A DNA stretch of 64,000 nucleotides. It comes from a virus. Numbering within the stretch: position 1 is the first letter of the stretch; every line of letters begins with the position of its first letter. The notes under the pieces were generated by a model. The model did not search any database. It was not told the origin of the DNA and saw only the letters and a program-made list of their open reading frames with translations. A program made the translations under genes and the position numbers. This document shows positions 37,308 to 47,080 of the stretch, one piece after another. Where the stretch lies: positions 1 to 64,000 of the IMG/VR virus record IMGVR_UViG_3300018481_000019, one strand, 5' to 3'.

Positions 37308-38258
37308 ATGAGACGAACCGTCGCATTCCTTACCGCTGTGTTGGTAGTGATGTTGCTCTCTCTGACGGCTACCGCCCATCATCGACCGTGGCACACCCGC
37401 GGCACCACCACCACCACAACTACAACTACCCGGCCCACGACTACAACTACCCGGCCCACAACTACAAGTACCACCCCCGCTGGCGCGTGCGACACCACAC
37501 CCGATGGTGCGCCGAGCGGAGCATCCGTTCGTGGTCCCGCCACTATCACGACGAGCCAGACCATTTCCAATGTCGTCTTCGACGGCACTCACAGCGATGA
37601 TTTAGTTCGGGTCTATGGCTCTCATGTGATTTTCAATCATGTGACATTCAGAGGAACCGGCACCGGCTCCACCGGACATACGGTGGAAGTGAAGCGGGGA
37701 GGCTCAGTCGAGATTCGTAATTCGCTTTGGAATGGTCAGCCCTCAGAAGACTCCATTCAGTTTGGCGGTCCCAATGGCGATCAGCACGCCGGTCACTCGG
37801 TAATTCGGTGCAGCACGATTGGCGGCGCACCAGACGAAGATCACGCTGATTTCAAAGTGAGCCAACCGGGAGCGGTCGTGGACTTCATCGACAACCGTTT
37901 TGCCACGGTGCCGACGGGGGGAAGGACAATTCAAAACGACGGAAGCGTCGGTAGGCAGAACTTCATCCGCAACACCGGACTGGCAAACGTGCTTTTGGAA
38001 AACACCGTCGCTGGCTCTTTGGTCGGCAACAGCATTGGTCAGTTGTACGTCTACAACGCAAGGGATTGGCTGATTCAAGGGAACACCATCACCCGATTGC
38101 AGAACGGTGTAGCCGATGGACGCAACCCGAGCGGCATCTTCTACCTAGCGAACACGATCAGTCAGTTCGTGTTTTATGGCGGGTCGTGTTGGGCGACCGG
38201 GAACTCGTTGGCCTTATCCCAATGCGCGGTCGGCTCCCCTGGTTGGTATCCGAGATAA
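37308..38258 (+). CDS. Secreted Thr-linker / beta-helix protein (moron-like)
   Basis: Signal peptide MRRTVAFLTAVLVVMLLSLTATA, poly-Thr linker, parallel beta-helix-like repeats. Confidence 0.75.
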   Translation: MRRTVAFLTAVLVVMLLSLTATAHHRPWHTRGTTTTTTTTTRPTTTTTRPTTTSTTPAGACDTTPDGAPSGASVRGPATITTSQTISNVVFDGTHSDDLVRVYGSHVIFNHVTFRGTGTGSTGHTVEVKRGGSVEIRNSLWNGQPSEDSIQFGGPNGDQHAGHSVIRCSTIGGAPDEDHADFKVSQPGAVVDFIDNRFATVPTGGRTIQNDGSVGRQNFIRNTGLANVLLENTVAGSLVGNSIGQLYVYNARDWLIQGNTITRLQNGVADGRNPSGIFYLANTISQFVFYGGSCWATGNSLALSQCAVGSPGWYPR

Positions 38259-38287
38259 CAGAAAGCCCCGAAAATCGGGGCTTTCTG
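38259..38287. terminator. Bidirectional hairpin terminator at the convergence of the two arms
   Basis: Perfect 13-bp inverted repeat CAGAAAGCCCCGA-AAA-TCGGGGCTTTCTG. Confidence 0.88.
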
Positions 38288-38670
38288 ATTCCACGGCCCA
38301 CGGCCTTGTCTTAGCGACTCACCGTGATTGTCCACTCTTCCGCGAAGCGCTTGGTCAGCTTATCGAATGTCGTCCACGGTCACAGGCTCAGATTTGGGCC
38401 AGAGCGTGTTGATGTGTTCGATTGCCTTCCAGAGAGCAGGCCATTGCTGGCGGTGACGGACGATCATCATGCGGTGGTATCTCGGATTCACGCCTTCGTC
38501 ACGAATAGCCCTTACTAGTTCGGACACTGCTTCCGCTAATTCCGATGAAGATAGCTCCTGGCTTCCACTCGGGACATTGCTCGCCGCATACGGCATAAGA
38601 GATTCCTTGATGGAGGGCGCGGGAGTAGATGTAGAGGTCGATTCCGGTTCCACACCAGTAGCACCGTGGG

Positions 38671-38910
38671 TCATTCTTGGAACCATCCTTCGTTCCTCTG
38701 AACGTCCTTCGCCCTTTCGATTTGCTCTTGCCGCCAGCGCCATTCGTGGGGGTTGAGGGGGCCGCGGGGGTCGGGGTCGTCAATGTCTCCGATGAATTGG
38801 GGTTGTCTCTGTCTCTTGGCGTAGTCAATTTTCTCCCACAGTTGAATCATTATGACGAGCAGTCCGCCCAGGATGCAGGCTATGGCGATGAACCACAAAA
38901 AGTCAGTCAT
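38671..38910 (-). CDS. Small membrane protein
   Basis: GGAGG RBS, N-terminal TM helix. Confidence 0.55.
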   Translation of the reverse strand: MTDFLWFIAIACILGGLLVIMIQLWEKIDYAKRQRQPQFIGDIDDPDPRGPLNPHEWRWRQEQIERAKDVQRNEGWFQE

Positions 38911-39068
38911 GTTTCCTCCGGTACTGCCGCCTTGTCGAGCCATTCCACCAGCTTGTCCAAATCAACCGACACAGAACCTACGCCTCCGGCAAGCTCGCGT
39001 AGCGAGTTTTGCAAGTCGGTGAGACTTATCCACTTCTCTTGGTGGAAGTTGACGTAGCGGAGTCTCAT
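38907..39068 (-). CDS. Hypothetical protein (53 aa)
   Basis: ATGA overlaps on both sides; MRLRYVNFHQEKWISLTDL... Confidence 0.5.
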   Translation of the reverse strand: MRLRYVNFHQEKWISLTDLQNSLRELAGGVGSVSVDLDKLVEWLDKAAVPEET

Positions 39069-39262
39069 TCCTTGGTCTGAGCGTCCTTGATTGCGAGCAC
39101 GATCAAGTCAATACGTGATAGCTCGGCGGCTTTGGCCCGTCCTGCGCTGGAACCGGAAGCAACTTGTGATCTGTCCGCTTCCTTGTAAATGCGCTCCCGC
39201 TGTGCTTGGAGCAGATCATTCAGGTACTTGGCCTGGTGATCTTCGACGGTGATGATTTTCAT
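39065..39262 (-). CDS. Hypothetical protein
   Basis: ATGA overlaps, MKIITVEDHQ... Confidence 0.55.
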   Translation of the reverse strand: MKIITVEDHQAKYLNDLLQAQRERIYKEADRSQVASGSSAGRAKAAELSRIDLIVLAIKDAQTKE

Positions 39263-39405
39263 TCCGTGCCTTCCGTGTCTGTGTCTGTGTCTGTTTCTTC
39301 TCGCCACCAGCGGAGCCGGTTGAACCCTTTGATCGCAAGGTCCGCTCCGACCCAACCAATGACCAGGGCCACGATTAGAATGGCCCATGACTCCCATCCG
39401 TCCAA
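39259..39405 (-). CDS. Small membrane protein
   Basis: GGAGG RBS, TTG start, one TM helix. Confidence 0.5.
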   Translation of the reverse strand: MDGWESWAILIVALVIGWVGADLAIKGFNRLRWWREETDTDTDTEGTE

Positions 39406-39443
39406 TCGGGCCTCCGAGTAGGGACGGCGATCATAGCGGGTTG

Positions 39444-39689
39444 CTACTCCGGTTTCACGTCGATCAATTTCATGTAGCTGAGACTCCACACCACGTAGCC
39501 GAGAACATCGTCCCAAAGCTCGTCGGGCATCTTTTGAATCAGCTTCCAGTAGTCGTGGGCTTCGGGATGATCGCTCCCTTTTCGGAAGGCGACGTGGATT
39601 CCCTCACCGAGAATCGACTTCCATTCGTCCGGTGTGTACCGAGTGGGTTCTTCCTCTACCGATGATTTTCCGATGTCCATTTCACTCAT
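39444..39689 (-). CDS. Hypothetical protein
   Basis: Tightly packed in operon. Confidence 0.6.
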   Translation of the reverse strand: MSEMDIGKSSVEEEPTRYTPDEWKSILGEGIHVAFRKGSDHPEAHDYWKLIQKMPDELWDDVLGYVVWSLSYMKLIDVKPE

Positions 39690-40102
39690 TCTCGTTCTCC
39701 GTTCTGTTGTCTGGCGATCTTGCAGGCTTTTGAAATCGGGACCACCTTGGAACTCGGCCTTCCGGTCACGGTGTTGAACACCCGAGCCGTGGTCTTAGTT
39801 TCCCGAACCACGGCATAGGTCGGAAGCTCGGACGGCATCTCAGATTGAACAACGGGACAGTTGTAGGTTCCGGTTGGTCTGCCCCTGTTATTCGGAGCAA
39901 GGTTGGATAGCGCCTTGCCTCTAACCGACTCCATCTCGTCGGGGTCGGTGCTTGCCAGCAAAGCGGCTAGTTCCTCCGGCCCGATCTGCTCGGCTTGCCG
40001 TGCAGATACGGTGTTGACACCCCACCACGTTTGATCGGTCGCACCCAATGATCGTTTGGCTCGGTAGTAGCCAGAGCCGCCAGATGGGTAGGCGTGGCTC
40101 AC
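39686..40102 (-). CDS. Hypothetical protein
   Basis: GTGA and ATGA overlaps. Confidence 0.55.
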   Translation of the reverse strand: MSHAYPSGGSGYYRAKRSLGATDQTWWGVNTVSARQAEQIGPEELAALLASTDPDEMESVRGKALSNLAPNNRGRPTGTYNCPVVQSEMPSELPTYAVVRETKTTARVFNTVTGRPSSKVVPISKACKIARQQNGERE

Positions 40103-40467
40103 AATGGAGCGCCCTGCGTCCAAGTCAGATCGAACCAATCTTCATCTTGGTAGCGGTCTTGTTGCAGACGAAAGTGCGCCGCCCACACCGCATAGAGCAT
40201 TTTGTGGCGGTCGTCCTCACCCTTGTCGATGTTGTCTTTCACCGACTCGTAGTCGAGTTCGTATGCCTCTCGTTTGAGATAGTCCGCAACCACCGCTCTC
40301 GGAACTGTCTTGCGAAAGCGATAGTCGCTCCCGGCGAGTTCCTTGATGTCGTCGGGGCCAAAGGCATCGACCAAGTCCTCACGGACTCGGGACTTCACCA
40401 TGAGGTACGCCGAGTTGTCCTTGTGCTTCACGATGGAGAAGAACCCATCCTTGGTGAAAATCCACAT
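40099..40467 (-). CDS. Conserved hypothetical phage protein (MWIFT..GF.SIV family)
   Basis: MWIFTKDGFFSIV...R..EDL...SDY.FR...DY...K. Confidence 0.7.
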   Translation of the reverse strand: MWIFTKDGFFSIVKHKDNSAYLMVKSRVREDLVDAFGPDDIKELAGSDYRFRKTVPRAVVADYLKREAYELDYESVKDNIDKGEDDRHKMLYAVWAAHFRLQQDRYQDEDWFDLTWTQGAPL

Positions 40468-40688
40468 CAGCTTTTCCTCAGAACCGCATTCATGGCGCTC
40501 TTGATCGTGTTCATCTGCTCCTGATAGGCGGCATCCCACTCTTTTGCGCTGGAACCGTCTGCCGCATCCGACCGGCGTAGCTTGGCCTGCCTGCCCTTTA
40601 TCAAGTCGTACTGTCGGCTCAGAGCCGTGTCGATCATCCTGATTTCCAACTCAGTTAGTTTGACCGTCTTTGTTTTTGTGTCACTCAT
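40467..40688 (-). CDS. Hypothetical protein
   Basis: TGATG overlap. Confidence 0.6.
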   Translation of the reverse strand: MSDTKTKTVKLTELEIRMIDTALSRQYDLIKGRQAKLRRSDAADGSSAKEWDAAYQEQMNTIKSAMNAVLRKS

Positions 40689-40700
40689 GTTTTCTCGCTT

Positions 40701-40964
40701 TCAGTCGTCGGTGGGTCGCCAAGCCTGGTTGACCCAAGCGTCCCATTCCATTGCTTGCTTCTCGGCCTGAGCCTTTTGCTCCTGCCAATATTTCAGTCGA
40801 TAGCTGGCGATGGATACCAGAGCATCCAGGGCCAGAATCACCACCATCCCAAGGACGAATATCCGAGATGGTGTGTAGTCGGTGAAGATCATTTTCAATG
40901 CAGTATAACCCCAAGCAAGGGTCAGTGCAACATTCACGATGATGCCAAGTTTGTTTCGGTTCAT
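40701..40964 (-). CDS. Two-TM membrane protein
   Basis: Two hydrophobic helices, GGAGG RBS. Confidence 0.6.
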   Translation of the reverse strand: MNRNKLGIIVNVALTLAWGYTALKMIFTDYTPSRIFVLGMVVILALDALVSIASYRLKYWQEQKAQAEKQAMEWDAWVNQAWRPTDD

Positions 40965-41887
40965 ATGTCCTCCGGTAGTAGTTGGTCCGCCAGTGACGGC
41001 GGTTCGGACGTGTCGATTGTGATTGGGAGAATCGCGTGCTCTTTCAAAACGGCAGCGAAGCTCTCTAGGGCTTCCGCCGCCTTTTCCATTCCCTCAGTCG
41101 CCTCTTTCAATCCGATGGATTCCTCCACCACTTCATCGAAGTCGTCGGGCTGCTCGGGAATGTCTTTCACCGCTGCTTCCATCGCAGCCAAGTCAGCCAG
41201 TTCACTCACCAAGAATTCAATCTTGGGAGATGGAGTTGAATCCAGATTCGCTATCGCCTCTTCGACGGTGGCAGCGTCGTACCAAAAGGAAGATGCGCCC
41301 TCCGGTGTTGAAATGGGGGCGGAGTCGGCGTAGATGCCGACTCCCAAGCCCTTCATCGCTTCGTCTTTGGTCGGGTAGGCCCACCCGTTGTTCTTGGCGC
41401 AAACCGGCCCGTACCCGGCGAAGATGCTCCGCTCGTCGGTCAGATGGGCGGCACAATTGATGCAGATGCCGTAGGTCTTGCCGAACTTGGCGGCTTCCTC
41501 AGCGGGCATCCGAGTGGCCTCACTCAGACCTTTCAGCCCCCGCTTGCCCTGGTACTCAAAGCCCCAGGCTCCGTCAATCTCTTTCAGGAAGGAAGCGACG
41601 ACATGCCCGTTCCGAGTCCGGTAGACCTTGACCGCCACTCCCGTCTCGGGGGAGATGTGCATTCCCTCCGGCACGTCGGCGTAGACCGGCTTGGGCTTCT
41701 CGACCTTGGGCTGCGCCAGAAGCCATTCGATGCGCTTGCTGGCTTCCTGCTTGGTCATGGTGTCGGAAGCGACTTGGGCCTCAACGTGGGCCTTGACCTC
41801 CGGGGTGAGTGACCGCTGCTCTATGAGCGAGACGATGAAGGCGATCTGCTTCTCGGTTGCGTAGCTTTCGGGCGGGGAGTATGTCAT
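40961..41887 (-). CDS. DUF6011-like Zn-finger protein
   Basis: ATEKQIAFI N-terminus; GICINCAAHLTDERS...GYGPVCA; own promoter. Confidence 0.75.
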   Translation of the reverse strand: MTYSPPESYATEKQIAFIVSLIEQRSLTPEVKAHVEAQVASDTMTKQEASKRIEWLLAQPKVEKPKPVYADVPEGMHISPETGVAVKVYRTRNGHVVASFLKEIDGAWGFEYQGKRGLKGLSEATRMPAEEAAKFGKTYGICINCAAHLTDERSIFAGYGPVCAKNNGWAYPTKDEAMKGLGVGIYADSAPISTPEGASSFWYDAATVEEAIANLDSTPSPKIEFLVSELADLAAMEAAVKDIPEQPDDFDEVVEESIGLKEATEGMEKAAEALESFAAVLKEHAILPITIDTSEPPSLADQLLPEDI

Positions 41888-41917
41888 AGGCGGTCCTTTC
41901 TCTTGCCTGACACTCTG

Positions 41918-41945
41918 ATTATAGCCCGCTGAAAATCTAACGCAA
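41918..41945 (-). promoter_or_regulatory. Early promoter TTGCGT-N16-TATAAT
   Basis: Member of the repeated promoter family. Confidence 0.8.
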
Positions 41946-42332
41946 ATCCAAATCCGAATTATTTGGAGAAATTTCGTGGGCGATCAATTGGCCCATCGCG
42001 TCCAGATCGTTCCAAGGAAGGTTTTTGAATTCCAGCACCATCGCCGTTGGGGGTTCCAACTCAGCCACGATGAACTTGGCTCCGTCGGAATATCCAAGGT
42101 CGATCAGCCAGCGCATCTCGGAATCGGATTCGGCCTCCATGAAGGACCGGCGTTCAACCGAGAGGTAGATCGGAAACAGAGAACTCTCGGTCACGTAGGC
42201 GTGGTAGCCCAAGTGAACGAGAGTTCTCGCGAGTATGTACGCCTTGGCGGACGGGTCTTTCAAATCACCGATGGAGAGCCGGTAGACCATATCTGCCGCG
42301 GTAACGGCATTACTTGGCGGTCTTGCTGCCAT
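41937..42332 (-). CDS. Hypothetical protein (start uncertain)
   Basis: Open frame with normal composition. Confidence 0.55.
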   Translation of the reverse strand: MAARPPSNAVTAADMVYRLSIGDLKDPSAKAYILARTLVHLGYHAYVTESSLFPIYLSVERRSFMEAESDSEMRWLIDLGYSDGAKFIVAELEPPTAMVLEFKNLPWNDLDAMGQLIAHEISPNNSDLDLR

Positions 42333-42612
42333 TGGTCTTGTAAGCACGCGGCTCGTATCCGATGGAAACGAGTGCTTGCTGCACCCAACCGATTGAGTAG
42401 CCGGTTATCTCGGCAATCTCTTTCAGGGTGGCTCCGTTGTTCTTGGCGGTCATTGCCGCCTTGACGAGACGGCCCTTGGCGGAATCGACATCTCTTTCCA
42501 GCTTCGTGATGTTCGTTCGCTCACTCTTCAGCTTGGCGAATGCGTTCTCACGTCTGCCCTCTCGGGCTAGCTCGGCCTTGGTCTTGGTTTCAGTGGTCAT
42601 GTAGGTGTTCAC
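42310..42612 (-). CDS. HTH DNA-binding protein
   Basis: A...GATLKEIAEITGYSIGWVQQ. Confidence 0.75.
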   Translation of the reverse strand: MNTYMTTETKTKAELAREGRRENAFAKLKSERTNITKLERDVDSAKGRLVKAAMTAKNNGATLKEIAEITGYSIGWVQQALVSIGYEPRAYKTNGSKTAK

Positions 42613-42662
42613 CCCCTTTCGGTAAATTGTAGTCCGCTTGAATCACTACCGCTAGGGGCAAT

Positions 42663-43295
42663 TCAAAACGGAGGTTTGTCGTCTCCGTCAGGGTCTTGGT
42701 CTTCGTCTAGCTTCGGGATGGGCGGCGGTGCTTCCTCTTCCGCTGGTGGTTCCGCTGGCACCGGCAGAGGAACATCTGCACTTGCATCGTCGGTGTGCAG
42801 AGGTATCGGCGGTGGCGGAGGAACGTCGGCGGCAGTAGCGGCTCCGGCGAAATCGGGAGCGGGCGGAAGTTCGTCTTCACCCCCTGGTGGGTGCAAGCTC
42901 TTGACCTCAGTGCGAGTGTCACCTTCCCAATCGCGGTGTGACACATTGGCTACCACGGAACGGCCCACCATCAAACGAGCAAGGTCTTCCGGCGATGGGT
43001 TGTTGTCTCTGAGAAATGCTTCTGTGAATCCGAGCGAGCGAAGCGCCCGGAGGAACATGCGGCGATGTCCCGGCTTGGATTCGTGATTTGGAAAAACGAG
43101 ATTGTTCCAGAGGTACTCGTCGTCATACGGCCCACCGTCCACGACCAGCACCATTTCGATCATGGTCTTGCCGGTAGCGGCGGGCGATACCGTGGCTTCC
43201 TTCACCCGAGTCAGAATCTTTCCAATGGGAATCAGATCAGCCGGTGCTCCGGTGGGGCTTGCCTCCCCCAAAATGTCGGACCAATTGAACGTCAT
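42663..43295 (-). CDS. DUF669-like single-stranded DNA-binding protein
   Basis: TGKTMI...V..GPY....LW.NL; acidic Pro-rich tail ending PPF; downstream of a Sak4-like ATPase. Confidence 0.75.
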   Translation of the reverse strand: MTFNWSDILGEASPTGAPADLIPIGKILTRVKEATVSPAATGKTMIEMVLVVDGGPYDDEYLWNNLVFPNHESKPGHRRMFLRALRSLGFTEAFLRDNNPSPEDLARLMVGRSVVANVSHRDWEGDTRTEVKSLHPPGGEDELPPAPDFAGAATAADVPPPPPIPLHTDDASADVPLPVPAEPPAEEEAPPPIPKLDEDQDPDGDDKPPF

Positions 43296-44047
43296 GCGCT
43301 TCCTTCCTCTTCTGGTTCGATGTGCCGCATTGTCGGGAACACCGTTTCGATCATCTCTTCCAAGTGCGGGTCGTTCACGATGGGCGGTATCGCTCCGCCC
43401 AATCTCTGCCCTGCCTCAAACTGCGTGGTGCGTCGGGTGAGCAACCGGCGCTTCTCGACCAGCAAGTCGCTTCCAGGGTCCGACTCCAACTCGACGTAGA
43501 GATAGCCGGTCAGATCAAGGAAGTAGGGCATAACGTCCTGCAACTGACCCTGGACGAATGGCGACCACATGCCGTCCCGGTTGCGAGCCATTGCGGTGAG
43601 CACGATGCACTGCACCGGCTTGGTGGGGTGGACGGTCAAGTCCCTGATATCGCGGATCAGTCCGGCGACCTCACGGAAGGCATCGCCCCACTGTTGCAAC
43701 TGCAACTGAGAGCGGCCCGAGATTCCTTCGATGTAGCGCTGTTGCAACTCGGAGATGGAATCCACGATGAAGGAATTGAAAGGGTGTCGCCCCGACGCGA
43801 GCCATTGGTACGCCTTCTGGACCGTGTCCCAATTCTTCGTCGGGACAACGGCGGTGTCCCACGTCCCGTCGTCTACGGGCGGCTCTTCCTTTGCCGGGTT
43901 CCAAGCAATCCGATTGATGGGGAGGAATCGGGCTGCGGCCTCCACGTCCATGTAGAGACGTGGTGCGGGCGAAGTCACTGCCAGGGTGCTCTTGCCAGAC
44001 TTGGAGGCTCCGTAGATCAGGAATGAAATGCTTCGGTCTTCGCTCAT
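43292..44047 (-). CDS. Sak4/AAA_24-like recombination ATPase
   Basis: IYGASKSGKST, DVE, IVDSISE, LTA motifs. Confidence 0.85.
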   Translation of the reverse strand: MSEDRSISFLIYGASKSGKSTLAVTSPAPRLYMDVEAAARFLPINRIAWNPAKEEPPVDDGTWDTAVVPTKNWDTVQKAYQWLASGRHPFNSFIVDSISELQQRYIEGISGRSQLQLQQWGDAFREVAGLIRDIRDLTVHPTKPVQCIVLTAMARNRDGMWSPFVQGQLQDVMPYFLDLTGYLYVELESDPGSDLLVEKRRLLTRRTTQFEAGQRLGGAIPPIVNDPHLEEMIETVFPTMRHIEPEEEGSA

Positions 44048-44067
44048 TCTCTCGCTCTCAGGTCAGG

Positions 44068-44937
44068 TCAAGATTCTGAATCACTATAACGATCATGTTT
44101 GCCCCCTGTGACGAACTTGACATTCAGATATTCCAGAGCCGCTTCCGGCGAATCATCAGCCAGAAGGCACGGCTTCCGATAGTCGCACCAGGCACAGTGT
44201 TGCCCCGGCGACGGGTAGTTGCTCTCTTCGTCAATGGCTCTCAGCATGTCAGTGACGATGCGTTCGATGTTGACGATTCGATTCGGAGTGGCGGTGGCGG
44301 TGCCGGGAATCGGGAAGCGATGAATCTCGGGGTAGCGCCCCTTGACCAAGATGGTGTTGGCGGCATGAGGCATCGGTTCGTCAGGGTTGGCGAGAGATTC
44401 GATCCCCATGTAGACGTGGTGCTGGTAGCTGTGCTCTAGCTTGGCCCTGGTCCCGTTGTCGAGCCGACCCACGGTTTTGAAATCGTTGAGCAAGAGGAAG
44501 CCCGAGTCCACGTAACGGAACTTCACATCGACCTTGCCCCGGAGCAGGACATCTCCACCGAGAATGGGAGCTTCGATCTGCTCTTCGACGGCGACCACTT
44601 CCAAGCCGTCGTCCTCACCGGACTCGGCAATCCACTCGACGTAGCGCTCAATCAGCTTCCGACCGATCACGGTTTCCTTGTAGAGCGCGTCGATTTCCCA
44701 CGGAGCGGCGGCATGGTCTTCCTGCCACGCCATATCCTTCGCTGAGAGAGCGTTGAATAGCCCTACGGGGTCGTCGGTGTGACCTCCGTACAAGAACTCC
44801 AAAGCCTTGTGAACTCGGCTTCCTAGCGCTCTTGCGCCGTGTCTGACCTCTGGCGGGTGGAAGTCGTGAACGTAGTTCCAGGCCCACAGCCGACGGCAAG
44901 TGAGGAAGTGGTCGATGTCCGAGAAGGTGAAGATCAT
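44068..44937 (-). CDS. Cas4-like / PD-(D/E)XK exonuclease
   Basis: C near N-terminus, GSRVHKALE, LRGKVD...DFKT, Q...Y, C..C.Y...C. Confidence 0.85.
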   Translation of the reverse strand: MIFTFSDIDHFLTCRRLWAWNYVHDFHPPEVRHGARALGSRVHKALEFLYGGHTDDPVGLFNALSAKDMAWQEDHAAAPWEIDALYKETVIGRKLIERYVEWIAESGEDDGLEVVAVEEQIEAPILGGDVLLRGKVDVKFRYVDSGFLLLNDFKTVGRLDNGTRAKLEHSYQHHVYMGIESLANPDEPMPHAANTILVKGRYPEIHRFPIPGTATATPNRIVNIERIVTDMLRAIDEESNYPSPGQHCAWCDYRKPCLLADDSPEAALEYLNVKFVTGGKHDRYSDSES

Positions 44938-45034
44938 TCTTGTGGGGGCCAAGGCCAGAAGTACCCGACGAGACACAGCACCACAATCTCGGTCACGAAC
45001 CAGATCAGAAGAATGTGGCTTTTCAAAAAGTTGC

Positions 45035-45250
45035 TCATACCGGCACTGCCTCTCTCACTCGCTCGGGCCACAATTCAGACGGACAGCCGCAATCGGCTAG
45101 AGCCTTGGTCGCTTGACCCATTGCGGTCCATCCCGCCAGCGGGTCGCCATTGTCTCGCAGACAGTGGGCTTTGAAAATTCCTAGCTCGGCTTCGATCATC
45201 CGAGCCTTGTGCTTGTTGGTCGAAGCGTGAGACAGACGTAAGAGATTCAT
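45035..45250 (-). CDS. Hypothetical protein
   Basis: ATGA overlap. Confidence 0.45.
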   Translation of the reverse strand: MNLLRLSHASTNKHKARMIEAELGIFKAHCLRDNGDPLAGWTAMGQATKALADCGCPSELWPERVREAVPV

Positions 45251-45411
45251 TTGGTGGTGTTCGCAATGAGCATTTTCCAAAACTCCAAGGCCGCTGCCTC
45301 AGCGATCTTCACCGAGAACCCGGCATCAATCATTTTGGCCTTGAATCCCGCCACCAACGCGACGACTCCCTCTGTCGCATCTGCCATTTGTGCAAAACTG
45401 TCAGTGTCCAT
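45247..45411 (-). CDS. Hypothetical protein
   Basis: MDTDSFAQMADA...DAGFS..IAE. Confidence 0.55.
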   Translation of the reverse strand: MDTDSFAQMADATEGVVALVAGFKAKMIDAGFSVKIAEAAALEFWKMLIANTTK

Positions 45412-45586
45412 GCTGTTCCAATAGCCATTCGTGGTACTTGTCTCGCCACTGAATCGCGGCCTCTTGCCACCCTTCCGTCTTGTCCAGTCCATCCCATCCG
45501 GCGTTAGCGATGATGCCCCAGGCTTCGTAGAGCAAGCTACCTTCGATGCTGGTTTCTGACGGAACGGAATCTCGCTCACGCTTCAT
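45401..45586 (-). CDS. Hypothetical protein
   Basis: AWGIIANA...W..AA..WRD.Y pattern. Confidence 0.55.
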   Translation of the reverse strand: MKRERDSVPSETSIEGSLLYEAWGIIANAGWDGLDKTEGWQEAAIQWRDKYHEWLLEQHGH

Positions 45587-46742
45587 CAGGCAACCTCACC
45601 GGCATCATTATGAATCGAACGCTCGGGTCTTTAGGACCGCTGATTCGGAACATGGTTTTCGGCTCGGAGAATCGAAGCTCAACTTCATCGCCGGTCAGCG
45701 ATTGAATAACGGGGCGGAACAGATCGACATTCAGACCGATGGTGAGAGGGAGTCCGGGCCACTTGCCACTGATATGTTCCGAGCTATCGCCAAGCTCGGT
45801 GCGAGTGGCGAGTACGTCCGCCCCTGGTGCTTCCGCTTCCAATTTCAACCTCATGGGAAGGTGAAGCCCGGTGAGGACTTGCGCTCGGTCACAGGCGGCG
45901 AGCAGTTCTGACTTGTTGGTGGCGAAGACCCATCCGTCAACCTTGTCGTCGGTTTCCAAAATGGTTTTGTAGCTCGGGAATTTCTTGGAGCTACGAAGCG
46001 TGCTGATCGCATTTCGCCCCTGGCGAAAGGTGACTCGGTTCCGTTCCACCACCACTTCGACATCGCCACTTCCGGTCAGCACTTTTTCGGCATGGCGGAA
46101 GATGGTTGCGGGTATGACTGCCGACTCGTCAAATTCAAAAACCACTCCGCTGTCGATCACTCCGATGCGGAATCCATCGGTGGTCACTATCTGCCCGTTC
46201 TCGGTTCCGTTTTCAAAAAGCACCAACTCGGCTTTGGGAACCGCCCCGAGATACCCGATGATCTGCGAGAGCCAATTGAGCGGGAGCTTGAAATCAGCCC
46301 GCTTCCTAATAGAGATTTCGGGAAAGGCGGTGGCATCGCCATACCGCAATTTGAATTTGGGTCCGTGCTCGCTCTTCAGTTCCACGGTCCCGTCACTGGC
46401 GGTCAAGGTGACTGCCCCGTCGGGCAAGGTGCGGACGGCCCGAGCAGTCTCCGGTGGAAGCAGGCTTTTGAAACCGGCTCCGGCTCCGACTTCAGCGCCG
46501 AACGCCGTCTTGATGGTGAGTGTTGAGTTGGTGCCAGTGAGAACTACCCATCCGTCAGTAAACATTTCCAAGTGAATCTGACGATAGGTGTCGATCTTGG
46601 AAGACAGGGCCAACTCGACCTTGTCCAAAGCAGCGCTGAGTTCTTCCTGAGTAGTGACGAGTTTCACAGTCTGAGTCCTGTCCGATTCAAGACGACTGAC
46701 TATACCGTCCGTAGAGAGCCGGGGTGCTGCCAGCGAAGCCAT
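45576..46742 (-). CDS. dnaN: DNA polymerase III beta sliding clamp-like protein
   Basis: TTDGFRI, FPSYKTIL, IGLN, C-terminal FIMMPVRL; 388 aa. Confidence 0.85.
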   Translation of the reverse strand: MASLAAPRLSTDGIVSRLESDRTQTVKLVTTQEELSAALDKVELALSSKIDTYRQIHLEMFTDGWVVLTGTNSTLTIKTAFGAEVGAGAGFKSLLPPETARAVRTLPDGAVTLTASDGTVELKSEHGPKFKLRYGDATAFPEISIRKRADFKLPLNWLSQIIGYLGAVPKAELVLFENGTENGQIVTTDGFRIGVIDSGVVFEFDESAVIPATIFRHAEKVLTGSGDVEVVVERNRVTFRQGRNAISTLRSSKKFPSYKTILETDDKVDGWVFATNKSELLAACDRAQVLTGLHLPMRLKLEAEAPGADVLATRTELGDSSEHISGKWPGLPLTIGLNVDLFRPVIQSLTGDEVELRFSEPKTMFRISGPKDPSVRFIMMPVRLPDEA

Positions 46743-47080
46743 TCATCGGGGGTCATTCGGACCAGGGCGGAGCAAGCGCAATCGGGTTGGTGACACGCTC
46801 CCCGAGACTCAGAACTGATCTTGATTCCGGCATGGGACAAATCGGGGTGGTAGCAGTTTCGACACCAAGCATGGCCGCCCATCGAAGAGCGGGCGATCAC
46901 GAATTCAAGCGGCTCTTCCATCCGATAGCTCCAACTGGATTTTCTCAATCAATCGTTTCTCAGACACCGCTTCGTTCTTGTGCTCACGGTCGAGATGGGA
47001 GAAGGTGAGCACGCCCTCCAAGACCAGATATCGCTCATTGAGAAGACGACTCAGATAAGCACGATGGTTGCTTGGTAAGT

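Noticed and set aside
38360-38828. Two overlapping minus-strand ORFs (38360..38743 and 38499..38828)
   Set aside because: Cannot decide from sequence alone which frame is real, so neither is listed as a feature
44068-44937. Cas4-like nuclease as a sign of CRISPR-Cas
   Set aside because: No repeat-spacer array or other cas genes; the context (Sak4-like ATPase, SSB) is a phage recombination module
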